Of a stretch of 64,000 nt of DNA, positions 19,328 through 28,718 are shown one piece after another. How positions within the stretch are numbered: the first letter of the stretch is position 1; every line of letters begins with the position of its first letter. The position numbers were made by a program, and so were the translations under genes. Source of the stretch: Patescibacteria group bacterium. Its GTDB lineage: Bacteria; Patescibacteriota; Patescibacteriia; UBA2591; UBA6264. The notes below the pieces were generated by a model that saw only the letters and a program-made list of their open reading frames with translations, did no database searches and had not been told where the DNA came from. The stretch lies in contig JAIPGN010000001.1 in the NCBI GenBank assembly GCA_021735685.1, positions 111,669-175,668 of the forward strand. The letters are read 5' to 3'.

Positions 19328-20698
19328 ATGGACAAAAAGCAAATCTGGAATATAGTTTTGTCGGAATTAGAGCTTTTGATTTCTAAAGCTAATTTTAAGA
19401 CATGGTTGCAAAATACTTATATTTTGAGTTTGGAGAATGAGGGAAAAAAAGTAATAGTTGGAGTTCCTAATAGTTTTGCTAAAAGTTGGTTAGAAAATAA
19501 GTACCACAAGTATATTTTGGAAGCTTTGCGGGGAGCCACAGAGGAAAAGGTTAAAGAGGTGGTTTATAAAATAAATGCAGATTCAAATAAAAAAGGACAT
19601 TCAAGTAACAATATTGCTCCTCGTCCCCAAAAGAAAAAAACAGAAGAAAGCGAAGGGGCTTCAGCCAATAATCATGGTTTAAATCCTCGTTACACTTTTG
19701 AGAATTTTGTAGTAGGTGAGGGCTCAGAGTTGGCTTATGCTGCTTGTCAAGCGGTTTGCGATAATGCTGGCAAAAAATATAATCCTCTTTTTATTTACGG
19801 AGGTGTGGGATTAGGCAAAACTCATCTTTTGCAGGCTGTGGGCCATTCAATTTTAAAGAAAAGTCCTAAAAGTAAATTATTTTACACTAATGCTGAAAAA
19901 TTTACTAATGATTTTATTACTGCCATTGGAAACGGCACTATGGAAAAATTTAAAAAATTTTATCGCCAATTAAAAGTTTTTTTAATTGATGATATTCAAT
20001 TTATGACCGGCAAGGATCGAACCCAAGAAGAATTTTTTCATACTTTTAATGCTCTTTATCAAGAAGAAAGGCAAATTATTATTGCTTCTGATCGCCCCCC
20101 TAAAGAAATCCCTGCCCTCCAAGATCGTCTGACATCTCGTTTAACTTGGGGTTTAATCGCTGATATTGCTCCGCCAGGCTTGGAAACTAGAATTGCTATC
20201 TTAAAAGCTAAATGCGAAGAGAAAGAATATCCTTTAAGTGAAGAGATTCTGGGGTATTTGGCTACCCATATTCAAAGTAATGTGCGTGAATTGGAAGGAG
20301 CTCTAAATAAATTAATTGCTTATCAGGAATTTCATCAACAGCAAGAGCTGGATTTGGAAACAGTTAAGAATATATTAAGCACGCTTAATAATAGTAAAAA
20401 TAAAACAGGGTTTGTTCACCCTCGGCAATTAATGGAAGTGGTGGCTAATTTTTATGGATTAGAACTATCAGATATGATTAGTTCTTCACGAAAAAAAGAG
20501 TTTGTTCTACCTCGGCAAATAACTATGTATTTAATGAGAGAAGAGAATAAGGCTTCTTTTCCTTTTATCGGCAAAGAACTAGGGAAAAGAGATCATACTA
20601 CAGCTATGCATGCTTGTGAAAAAATTAAAAAAGCTATTGACAAAGATCCTAAATTAAAAAAAGAAATAGATTTAATTAAAGAAAGGTTATATAATTAA
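19328..20698 (+). CDS. dnaA: Chromosomal replication initiator DnaA
   Basis: YTFENFV, YNPLFIYGGVGLGKTHL, IDDIQF, QEEFFHTFN, NVRELEGAL, RDHTT. Confidence 0.98.
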   Translation: MDKKQIWNIVLSELELLISKANFKTWLQNTYILSLENEGKKVIVGVPNSFAKSWLENKYHKYILEALRGATEEKVKEVVYKINADSNKKGHSSNNIAPRPQKKKTEESEGASANNHGLNPRYTFENFVVGEGSELAYAACQAVCDNAGKKYNPLFIYGGVGLGKTHLLQAVGHSILKKSPKSKLFYTNAEKFTNDFITAIGNGTMEKFKKFYRQLKVFLIDDIQFMTGKDRTQEEFFHTFNALYQEERQIIIASDRPPKEIPALQDRLTSRLTWGLIADIAPPGLETRIAILKAKCEEKEYPLSEEILGYLATHIQSNVRELEGALNKLIAYQEFHQQQELDLETVKNILSTLNNSKNKTGFVHPRQLMEVVANFYGLELSDMISSSRKKEFVLPRQITMYLMREENKASFPFIGKELGKRDHTTAMHACEKIKKAIDKDPKLKKEIDLIKERLYN

Positions 20699-20717
20699 TA
20701 AAAGTTTTTTGGTTTTT

Positions 20718-21548
20718 ATGTACGTAATTAAGGCTTCTGGAGAAAAAGTTAAATTTAATTCTTCTAAAATTAGAAAGACTTGCTTGCGAGCTGGCGCTCC
20801 CAAAGATGTTTGTCGGAAGGTTGAGCAATTGGTAAAAGATCAGGTCCGAGAAGGAATGTCCACTCAAGAAATTTTAAAAATTACTTTGGAACATTTAGAA
20901 AAATATAGCCCTTTGACTTCAATTCGTTATGGTCTTAAAAGAGCTATTTTTGGTTTAGGTCCCACTGGGTTTGTTTTTGAAAAATTTGTAGCTTATCTTT
21001 TTCAAGCTTATGGCTTTAGCGCTTATTGTCCTCCCATCCTAAAGGGTCGTTGTGTTGAACAAGAGGTGGATGTAATTGCGATTAAAAAAAGGAAAGGGTC
21101 TCAAAAAAAATCTCAACAAAAATATTTAATCGAGTGCAAGTATCGTAATACTGCGGGCTTGAAGGTGGATCTTCAAGATGCTCTTTGTCTCTGGGCTCGA
21201 TTTAAGGATTTAGAGAAGGAAAATTTTACTCAACCTTGGTTGGTTTCTAATGCTAAATTTACTAAAGCCGCTATTCAATATGGACGTTGTCAGGGAATTA
21301 AACTATTGGGTTGGAGATATCCTTCTCGCCAAAGCCTCAATGCTTTAATTGAGAAAAAAAAGCTTTATCCGATTACAATTTTGAAAGAAGTGAGCGGGAA
21401 ATTGGCTCAAAATTTTTTTAATCAAGACGTTATTATACTTAGTCATCTGTGCTCTTCTCATATAAATAATTTGTCTTCACGAGTGGGAATTAGTTCAGGC
21501 AAAATGAAGAGAATAGTCGAAGCGGCTCAATTGATTTTAAAAAGCTAA
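20718..21548 (+). CDS. ATP-cone domain fused to an Mrr-like PD-(D/E)xK nuclease domain
   Basis: N-terminal VIKASGEKVKFNSSKI (ATP cone); LGPTGFVFEKFV; EVDVIA...LIECKY catalytic-type motif. Confidence 0.8.
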   Translation: MYVIKASGEKVKFNSSKIRKTCLRAGAPKDVCRKVEQLVKDQVREGMSTQEILKITLEHLEKYSPLTSIRYGLKRAIFGLGPTGFVFEKFVAYLFQAYGFSAYCPPILKGRCVEQEVDVIAIKKRKGSQKKSQQKYLIECKYRNTAGLKVDLQDALCLWARFKDLEKENFTQPWLVSNAKFTKAAIQYGRCQGIKLLGWRYPSRQSLNALIEKKKLYPITILKEVSGKLAQNFFNQDVIILSHLCSSHINNLSSRVGISSGKMKRIVEAAQLILKS

Positions 21549-21577
21549 TCACAATCATTAATTAAAATAATCAAAAG

Positions 21578-23275
21578 ATGTTAAATATTGATGATTTATT
21601 AAAATATGATCAAAATTCTAATTTCGATGACAGCAAGGAAAGACAATTAAAGAATAAGCTTTCCCATTTGGAAGATGAGGAAATAGAAGAAAAAGTAAGC
21701 ACTCAAGCCCGTTCAATGGGTTTGCCTTATATGAATTTAACTGATTTTCCTGTTTCTGAAGAAGCCTTGCGGATGATTCCCAAGGAAGGGGCTTTGAATT
21801 ATCAGGCAATTTGTTTTTATCGTACTGATCGTTTAGCTAAAATTGGCTCTCTGGATCCACAAAATAATTCTTTTAGTGAGTTTTGTCGCCATTTTGAAGC
21901 GGCTCATGATTTAAATATAGAAATCTATTTGATTTCAGCTAATAGTTTTAATGCGGTTTTGAAGAGATATGAAACTTTGCCTAAAATTAGAGAGATGGCC
22001 AAAGGAGTTGAAATCAGTGCCGAAGATTTTAAAAAATTCGAAAATAAAATTCAAAGTTTTCAAGATCTTAATCAAGAAATTCAAAAAACAGATATTTCTA
22101 ATTTGATTACTTTAGTTATTGCTAGTTCAGTTAAATCTCGAGCCTCAGATATTCATATTGAGGCCGAAGAAGACGGAATTAAACTAAGATTTAGAGTTGA
22201 CGGTATTTTGATTGATGTGGCGGAGATTGATAAGAAATTTTGGCTTCAAGTTATTTCACGGATTAAGCTTTTGTCGGGATTAAAAATTAATGTTGTGGGG
22301 CGACCGCAGGACGGAAGATTTGTTATTAAATTAGAGAAAGAAAAAATAGACGTAAGAGTTTCTTGCCTGCCCACTTCTTATGGAGAAAGTGTGGTGATGC
22401 GTCTCTTGCGTTCTTCTACTGCTGGATTAAGCTTTGAGGATTTAGGATTAAGGGGAAGAAGTTATCAGATTTTAAAAAGAGAAGTAGAGCGCCCCAATGG
22501 TATGATTATTACCACCGGTCCTACTGGATCCGGCAAAACCACTACTCTTTATGCCATTATTAATAAATTGAATGACGAGGAAACCAAAATTATTACTTTA
22601 GAGGATCCAATTGAATATCGAGTTAAGGGAGTTAATCAAAGTCAGGTTGACCAATCCAAGGATTATACTTTTGCTAATGGATTGCGCTCTATTTTACGTC
22701 AAGATCCAGACGTAGTTATGGTGGGAGAAATTAGAGATGCGGAGACAGCAAAAATTGCTATTCAGTCCGCTTTAACCGGACATATGGTTGTTTCTACTTT
22801 ACATACTAATGATGCCGCCGGAGCCTTGCCTCGTTTTCTTTCCATGGGCGTTAAGCCCTTCCTTTTAGCCCCCGCCTTAAACGCTGTTATTGGGCAAAGG
22901 TTAGTGCGTAGAATTTGCGAAAAGTGCAAAAAAGAAGTTCAATTAACTTCTGAAAAATTGGAAAGAGTTAAGGCTCTTTTGAAGGACATTCCCTCTTCAG
23001 CTGAGGTTAAGATAGATTTTAACAATTTAAAATTTTACCAAGGAGAAGGTTGTCCAGCTTGTCAGGGCTTGGGTTATCATGGACGAATTGGTATTTATGA
23101 AGTTCTGGCGGTTAATGCTGAAGTTGAAAAAGCAATTTTAGAAGGAAGTTTATCTGAATACAAGGCGCGAGAATTGAGTCAACAACAGGGAATGGTTACA
23201 ATGGTTCAAGATGGTTTATTAAAGGCTTTAGATGGCATTACTAGCATAGAGGAAGTTTTCCGAGTAGCTGAATAA
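21578..23275 (+). CDS. pilB: Type IV pilus / type II secretion assembly ATPase (PilB/GspE)
   Basis: ASDIHIE, PQDGR, TGPTGSGKTTT, LRQDPD, TGH...STLH, tetracysteine motif. Confidence 0.9.
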   Translation: MLNIDDLLKYDQNSNFDDSKERQLKNKLSHLEDEEIEEKVSTQARSMGLPYMNLTDFPVSEEALRMIPKEGALNYQAICFYRTDRLAKIGSLDPQNNSFSEFCRHFEAAHDLNIEIYLISANSFNAVLKRYETLPKIREMAKGVEISAEDFKKFENKIQSFQDLNQEIQKTDISNLITLVIASSVKSRASDIHIEAEEDGIKLRFRVDGILIDVAEIDKKFWLQVISRIKLLSGLKINVVGRPQDGRFVIKLEKEKIDVRVSCLPTSYGESVVMRLLRSSTAGLSFEDLGLRGRSYQILKREVERPNGMIITTGPTGSGKTTTLYAIINKLNDEETKIITLEDPIEYRVKGVNQSQVDQSKDYTFANGLRSILRQDPDVVMVGEIRDAETAKIAIQSALTGHMVVSTLHTNDAAGALPRFLSMGVKPFLLAPALNAVIGQRLVRRICEKCKKEVQLTSEKLERVKALLKDIPSSAEVKIDFNNLKFYQGEGCPACQGLGYHGRIGIYEVLAVNAEVEKAILEGSLSEYKARELSQQQGMVTMVQDGLLKALDGITSIEEVFRVAE

Positions 23276-23290
23276 ATAGATTATTTTTGT

Positions 23291-23334
23291 AAAATAAAAA
23301 GTTTGGGAGTTTAAATCCCAAACTTTTTTATTTT
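23291..23334. terminator. Bidirectional terminator between pilB and valS
   Basis: AAAAAGTTTGGGA-GTTTAAA-TCCCAAACTTTTT. Confidence 0.75.
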
Positions 23335-23360
23335 AAGTTCTTGGAAATAGAAATATTTTT

Positions 23361-25709
23361 TTATTGTAATTTAGCTAAATTTTGAATAATTTTTTTCTCC
23401 TCTCCAGAAAAAGAAGCAAAACTTTTTTGGAATTGAGAGGGAAGAGAGACAATTTCTTTAGGATTGATCTCCTTTTCTTTGCGCCATTTTCTGATTTCAC
23501 TAACTAATTCTTTCAGCTCGGTAAATTTTTTTTCTGTGGTTTTATTAATTTGAGAAAATTCAACCTCTGGCCAAGGAGCAATAATCAACAATCGGGCATA
23601 GTCTTTTTTCTTTATTTCATTAAGCTGCAAATTAATGGTTTCTGTAACAAAGGGGATAAAAGGATGTAACATTTTTAAACATTCTTTTAGGACTAGACGC
23701 AGAATAGCATAAGTTTGCGCCTCTAAAGAACTGTTTTCTTTTTGGAATTTAGAAATTTCTAGATACCAATCAGCAAAGTCATGCCAAACAAATTCATAAA
23801 TGTCTTTAGCGGCTGAACTTAGATTATTGTTTTCAATTTGAGGCCCAACTTCTTTAATCAAATTGTTGAGTCGAGAGAGAATCCATTGATCGGCAATAGT
23901 AGGTTTCTTGATTTTCTTATTTTCCGAATTAGAAGGGTCCATCATTTCTACAAAACGAGAAATGTTCCAAAGTTTGTTAATAAAGTTACGAGCAGCCAAG
24001 ATAGTGCGTTCATCAAAACGAATTTCTTGTTGATCGCGATTAGCTTGTAGGATGATGCCCAAACGAGTGGCATCAGCTCCGTATTTTTCGACAAAATTTA
24101 AAGGGTCGATTCCAGTTTTTAGAGACTTGCTCATCCTCTTTCCATCGATAGTCAGAATTGTTCCATGGATATATACTTTTTTGAAAGGAATATCTTCTAA
24201 AAACTCAAAGCCAGAAAAAATCATTCTAGCAACCCAGAGATAAAGGATATCTCGAGCCGTAGAAAGCAAAGAGGTTGGGTAATATTCTTGTAAATCTTTT
24301 GTCTTTTGAGGCCAACCTAAAGTGGCGAATGGCCAAAGGGCAGAAGAAAACCAAGTGTCCAGAACATCAGCTGATTGTTGCATTTTACATTTTTGGCAAT
24401 AAGGGCAAGCTTGGGGAGCTTCGGCAGCTACAATATATTTTTCTTTTTGATTTTGACAAAACCAAACTGGCAATTGATGCCCCCACCATAATTGGCGAGA
24501 AATGCACCAATCTTCTATGTTTTCCATCCAATTTAGGTAGATTTTTTTATAGCGAGAAGGAATTATTTTAATTTTATTCTCCTGAACGCTTTTGATGGCT
24601 GGCTGGGCAAGTTCTTTCATTTTTACAAACCATTGAGTAGATATTTGTGGTTCAATTGGAGAAGAACAGCGATCACAAAGAGAAATTTGATGTTGATATT
24701 CTTCAGTTTTAACCAAAAGTTCTTTTTTTGTTAATTCTTCAATAATTTTTTCTCGAGCCTCTAAGGCGCTTAAGTCAGCATAAATTCCAGCCTCTTTAGT
24801 CATTTTTCCTTGAGGTCCAATTACGTTAATGACGGGAAGTTGATGGTCTTTGCCGATTTGCCAATCGGTTTGATCATGCGCTGGAGTGATTTTAAGGGCG
24901 CCGGTGCCAAAATCAGATTTGACTAGATGGTGCTTGATAATTGGAATCTCTCTTTCCACTAAAGGAACAATTGCTTTTTGATTAATCAGTTCTTTATATT
25001 TTTTGTCTCTTGGGTTAACAGCAATGGCGGTATCGCCAAGCATAGTTTCGGGTCGAGTGGTGGCAATAGTAATGAATTTTTTTGGATTATTCTTTAGGGG
25101 GTATTTGATATACCATAATCTGCCTTTTCTTTCTTGATATTTGATCTCAATATCCGAAATAGCGGTTTCGCATCGCGGACACCAATTGACAATTCGGGGC
25201 CCTCTGTAGATATATCCCTTTTGATGATAATGTATAAAGGCCTTAAGAACTGCTTGAGCATATTGTTGGTCAAGTGTAAAGCGTAAACGAGACCAATCAC
25301 AAGAATATCCCAATTTTTTTAATTGTTTCAGAATAATATCGCCATATTCTTTTTTCCATTCCCAGACCTTTTCTGTGAATTTTTCTCTTCCTAATTGATG
25401 ACGAGAGAGTCCTTCTTGGGCTAATTTTTTTTCTACTACATTTTGTGTAGCAATGCCAGCATGATCAGTTCCTGGTAGCCAGAGGGTTTTATCTCCTTGC
25501 ATGCGATGATATCTGATTAAAATATCTTGAATAGTGTTATTAAGAGCATGACCCATGTGCAGTGATCCCGTAACATTAGGGGGTGGAATAGTGACACAGT
25601 ATTTATTTTTTCGAGTTCCTGGCAATTTATCTGGATTAAAAAAATCGCTCTTTTCCCAGAGTTGATATATTTCTTTTTCAAATTCTTGGGGAATGTATTT
25701 TTTTTGCAT
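23361..25709 (-). CDS. valS: Valine--tRNA ligase (short C-terminus)
   Basis: PPPNVTGSLHMGH, DHAGIATQ, DWCISRQLWWGH, DVLDTWFSS, RMSKS. Confidence 0.97.
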   Translation of the reverse strand: MQKKYIPQEFEKEIYQLWEKSDFFNPDKLPGTRKNKYCVTIPPPNVTGSLHMGHALNNTIQDILIRYHRMQGDKTLWLPGTDHAGIATQNVVEKKLAQEGLSRHQLGREKFTEKVWEWKKEYGDIILKQLKKLGYSCDWSRLRFTLDQQYAQAVLKAFIHYHQKGYIYRGPRIVNWCPRCETAISDIEIKYQERKGRLWYIKYPLKNNPKKFITIATTRPETMLGDTAIAVNPRDKKYKELINQKAIVPLVEREIPIIKHHLVKSDFGTGALKITPAHDQTDWQIGKDHQLPVINVIGPQGKMTKEAGIYADLSALEAREKIIEELTKKELLVKTEEYQHQISLCDRCSSPIEPQISTQWFVKMKELAQPAIKSVQENKIKIIPSRYKKIYLNWMENIEDWCISRQLWWGHQLPVWFCQNQKEKYIVAAEAPQACPYCQKCKMQQSADVLDTWFSSALWPFATLGWPQKTKDLQEYYPTSLLSTARDILYLWVARMIFSGFEFLEDIPFKKVYIHGTILTIDGKRMSKSLKTGIDPLNFVEKYGADATRLGIILQANRDQQEIRFDERTILAARNFINKLWNISRFVEMMDPSNSENKKIKKPTIADQWILSRLNNLIKEVGPQIENNNLSSAAKDIYEFVWHDFADWYLEISKFQKENSSLEAQTYAILRLVLKECLKMLHPFIPFVTETINLQLNEIKKKDYARLLIIAPWPEVEFSQINKTTEKKFTELKELVSEIRKWRKEKEINPKEIVSLPSQFQKSFASFSGEEKKIIQNLAKLQ

Positions 25710-25713
25710 AGAT

Positions 25714-26172
25714 TTAGAGGCCTTTAATTTTAATTATTCTTTCTGATTCTTGGTGGCCATTCTCTATTTTAACAGAAATATGATCTTCTGGCAAAATGTT
25801 TTTAATTTTTTCAGCCCACTCAATTATGGTAATAGTTTCTTTTTGCCTTAAGAAATCAAGGGCTCCAATAGCCATCAACTCTTCTTCAGAATTAAGACGA
25901 TAGGCATCAATGTGACAAAAGTTTTTCAGATTTTTATTCGAAGAAAGGGGGTAAATTTTCATTAAAGTAAAAGTAGGACTATTGACGTTTTTTTTAATTT
26001 TAAGTCCCTGGGCAATTCCTTGAGCAAAGACAGTTTTTCCTGCTCCGAGATTTCCGTGTAAAGCTAAAACATCTCCTCCTTTTAACTTCAGAGCCGTTTT
26101 TTTAGCCAGTTTAATAGTTTCTTGAGGGGAATGACTCTGGAAATTGACGTTTTCTTTTTTTTCTTTTTTCAT
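25714..26172 (-). CDS. tsaE: t6A biosynthesis ATPase TsaE
   Basis: GNLGAGKT, VNSPTF, HIDAYRL, IIEWA. Confidence 0.95.
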   Translation of the reverse strand: MKKEKKENVNFQSHSPQETIKLAKKTALKLKGGDVLALHGNLGAGKTVFAQGIAQGLKIKKNVNSPTFTLMKIYPLSSNKNLKNFCHIDAYRLNSEEELMAIGALDFLRQKETITIIEWAEKIKNILPEDHISVKIENGHQESERIIKIKGL

Positions 26173-26224
26173 ATTTTTTAAAATTAGCACATTTTATTAA
26201 AAGGGGACAGTCCCCCCTGACTGC

Positions 26225-26253
26225 TTGTCAGGATGCTACTCCAATAGTATAAT
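26225..26253 (+). promoter_or_regulatory. Sigma70-type promoter of the transposase
   Basis: TTGTCA-N17-TATAAT just inside the left palindrome. Confidence 0.6.
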
Positions 26254-26314
26254 ATAAGGCAGAAAATACGATTTGGCGAAAAATCAGCAAAAAATATTTT
26301 TTAGAATTTATTTT

Positions 26315-26908
26315 ATGCCAAGAAAAGCTCGTAAATATATTGATTACCGAGAAACAATTTATCACGTTGTTTGCCGTGGCAATAATCAAAAGAAAATTTT
26401 TTCAGGAGTTCGAGATTATAAAAAATTATTAAGTATTATTAGAGAAACCAAAAAGAAAATGCCTTTTTGGTTTTATTCTTATAGTTTTTTGCCCAATCAT
26501 TTTCATTTATTGATTGAAACTCGCGATTTTTCTCTCTCTAAGATTGTGGGACGAATTAATTTTTTGTACGCAGTTTATTTTAATCACCGTCATCATCGCT
26601 CGGGGCATCTTTTTCAGGACAGGTTTTACAGCAGTGTAATCAACAAAGAGGATTATTTTTGGACCGTTAGCTGTTATATTGACCTAAACCCAGTTCGGGC
26701 CAAAATAGTTATTTTGCCAGAAAATCATCGCTGGGGAAGTTTCAAAATTTATAAAGAAAAGATTATTAAGGATGATTTGATTGACAGAAATAAATTTTTA
26801 TCTTATATTGGAAGAAAAGGCCCAGAAGAATGTCGTCAGGAATATTTAAATTTTGTGCAAGGAAAAATTATCTCTGATGATAAAAAAATTCTTACCTTTC
26901 TTAATTGA
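26315..26908 (+). CDS. REP-associated tyrosine transposase-like HUH/Y1 nuclease
   Basis: MPRKAR, YHVVCRGNN..KIF, HUH motif NHFHLL, GHLFQDRF, catalytic-Tyr helix YIDLNPVRA, HRWGS. Confidence 0.92.
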   Translation: MPRKARKYIDYRETIYHVVCRGNNQKKIFSGVRDYKKLLSIIRETKKKMPFWFYSYSFLPNHFHLLIETRDFSLSKIVGRINFLYAVYFNHRHHRSGHLFQDRFYSSVINKEDYFWTVSCYIDLNPVRAKIVILPENHRWGSFKIYKEKIIKDDLIDRNKFLSYIGRKGPEECRQEYLNFVQGKIISDDKKILTFLN

Positions 26909-27023
26909 TTTTGGAAAACGGGCCATTTCTCGCCAAATTAAAAAAAGAGGCGGGAAATTCGCTTGGGAAGCGGCTGCTGCGTTGCAAAAAGATGGGGACT
27001 GTCCCCGGTAAAAAAATAAAAAT

Positions 27024-28718
27024 ATGGAGAAAGATTTTTCAATTATAATCGGAGGGGCAGCTGGACAAGGTTCACGCCGAGCCGGTCTATTAATAGCCAA
27101 GGCTTTTCAGTCTTTAGGCTATTATGTTTTTGTCTATGACGAGTATCAGTCTTTAGTGCGAGGTGGGCATAGTTTTTCTAGCATTAGGGTCTCTTCAACT
27201 AAAAAAAACTCTTCCTCTTCGGAAATAGATTTTTTGATAGCTTTAGATCAGCGAACCTGGGAAGAGCATCGTCATTCTTTAAAAAAAGAAGGTCAAGTTT
27301 TTTACAACCATGATTATTTTCAAATTGAAAAAGAAAAGAGGGCTCAAGGTATTGTTGCTACGCAAATAGTAGAGAAAGAAAAAGGTAAGAAAATTATGGA
27401 AAATATTTCTTTAGTTGCTTTTTTCTTGGGCAGTTTAGGCTTCTCTGAAGAAGCTTTGAAGACTCTTTTTAGAAAAGAATTTAATAAATTCCAAGAAATT
27501 AATTTAAAAATTGCTCAGAAATCTTTTGAAAAAAGTATTTTAATTAAGAAGATTCCTCTTAGAAAGAAAAAACAGGAATTTTCTCTTCTTACTGGCAATC
27601 AAGCTTTGGCTCAGGGAGCAATTAAGGCTGGACTTGAATTTTATTTTGCTTATCCCATGACTCCAGCCACAGGCATTTTGCACTATTTAGCTGGTTCAAC
27701 GGGAAGAAAGGCGGGAATAAAAACAGTTCAAATGGAAAACGAATTAGCTGTTGCTAATGCCGCTCTAGGCAGTGCTTACGCTGGTAAGCCCACTATGTTA
27801 GCCACTTCGGGTGGAGGTTTAGCCTTAATGGGAGAGGCTTTTAGTTTGGGGGTACAAGCGGAAATTCCTTTACTTTTTATTAATAGCCAGAGACCAGCTC
27901 CAGCTAGTGGCGTTCCTACTTACACAGCTCAGGGAGATTTATCCTTTAGTTTAGGATTAGGACATGGAGATATTGTAAAGTTTTTAGTAGCTCCGGGCGA
28001 TGCCGAAGAAGCGGCTTATTGGGCGGGGAAGCTTCTTTCTCTCTCTTGGGAATATCAAACACCTTCTTTACTTTTAATTGATAAGCAAATTTCTGAAAGT
28101 ACTTTTAGTTTTGATCCCGAAATTTTAAAAAAAATTTCTCCAATTCAAATTTTTCCTCAATCAAAAAATAAGAGTCTTAATTATCAAAGGTATGAGATTA
28201 CTAAAAATGGCACTTCTTCTTTAGCTTTTCCGGGTCAAAAAGGAATAGTGGTTAAGGCTAATAGTTATGAGCATCTAGAAAATGGTTTAACTACAGAGCA
28301 AGAAATAGAAATTCAAAAAATGCAAGACAAAAGATTGCGCAAATATCAAGCTATGCAAAAAGTTGTTAACCAAGTTGATGCGGTGAAAGTTTATGGTAAC
28401 AAAAAATCTTCTCAAGCTATTTTAGTTTGGGGCTCAACTAAAGGTCCAGCCCGAGAAGTGGCAGAAGAATTAAAGATTAAAATGATTCAACCTTTATTTT
28501 TGGAACCGTTCCCAGAGAAAAGAATTAAAGCTGCTTTGCAAGGGGTTGAGCATTTAGTTTTAATTGAAGGTAATGCTTTGGGGCAATTAGAGGGTCTTTT
28601 AAAATCTTATCAGATTATTCCTCAAGAAAAGATTTTAAAATACAATTCTCGTCCTTTCTTGGCTTCAGAAATTAAAGCTGCTTTAAATAAAATTTACAAA
28701 AATGAGCGATCAAAATAA
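27024..28718 (+). CDS. 2-oxoacid:ferredoxin oxidoreductase alpha subunit (gamma domain fused)
   Basis: GGAAGQG, VRGGHS, YPMTPA, QMENE, ATSGGG. Confidence 0.93.
   Translation: MEKDFSIIIGGAAGQGSRRAGLLIAKAFQSLGYYVFVYDEYQSLVRGGHSFSSIRVSSTKKNSSSSEIDFLIALDQRTWEEHRHSLKKEGQVFYNHDYFQIEKEKRAQGIVATQIVEKEKGKKIMENISLVAFFLGSLGFSEEALKTLFRKEFNKFQEINLKIAQKSFEKSILIKKIPLRKKKQEFSLLTGNQALAQGAIKAGLEFYFAYPMTPATGILHYLAGSTGRKAGIKTVQMENELAVANAALGSAYAGKPTMLATSGGGLALMGEAFSLGVQAEIPLLFINSQRPAPASGVPTYTAQGDLSFSLGLGHGDIVKFLVAPGDAEEAAYWAGKLLSLSWEYQTPSLLLIDKQISESTFSFDPEILKKISPIQIFPQSKNKSLNYQRYEITKNGTSSLAFPGQKGIVVKANSYEHLENGLTTEQEIEIQKMQDKRLRKYQAMQKVVNQVDAVKVYGNKKSSQAILVWGSTKGPAREVAEELKIKMIQPLFLEPFPEKRIKAALQGVEHLVLIEGNALGQLEGLLKSYQIIPQEKILKYNSRPFLASEIKAALNKIYKNERSK

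Larger units (their letters stand above)
26203..27014 (+). mobile_element. Y1 (IS200-like/RAYT) transposase locus with inverted terminal palindromes
   Basis: GGGGACAGTCCCC at 26203-26215 and its reverse complement GGGGACTGTCCCC at 26994-27006 flank the transposase gene. Confidence 0.75.

Noticed and set aside
26846-27100. 84-aa minus-strand ORF spanning the repeated right end
   Set aside because: It overlaps two real genes, and the homologous frame in the 1809-1908 copy contains a stop
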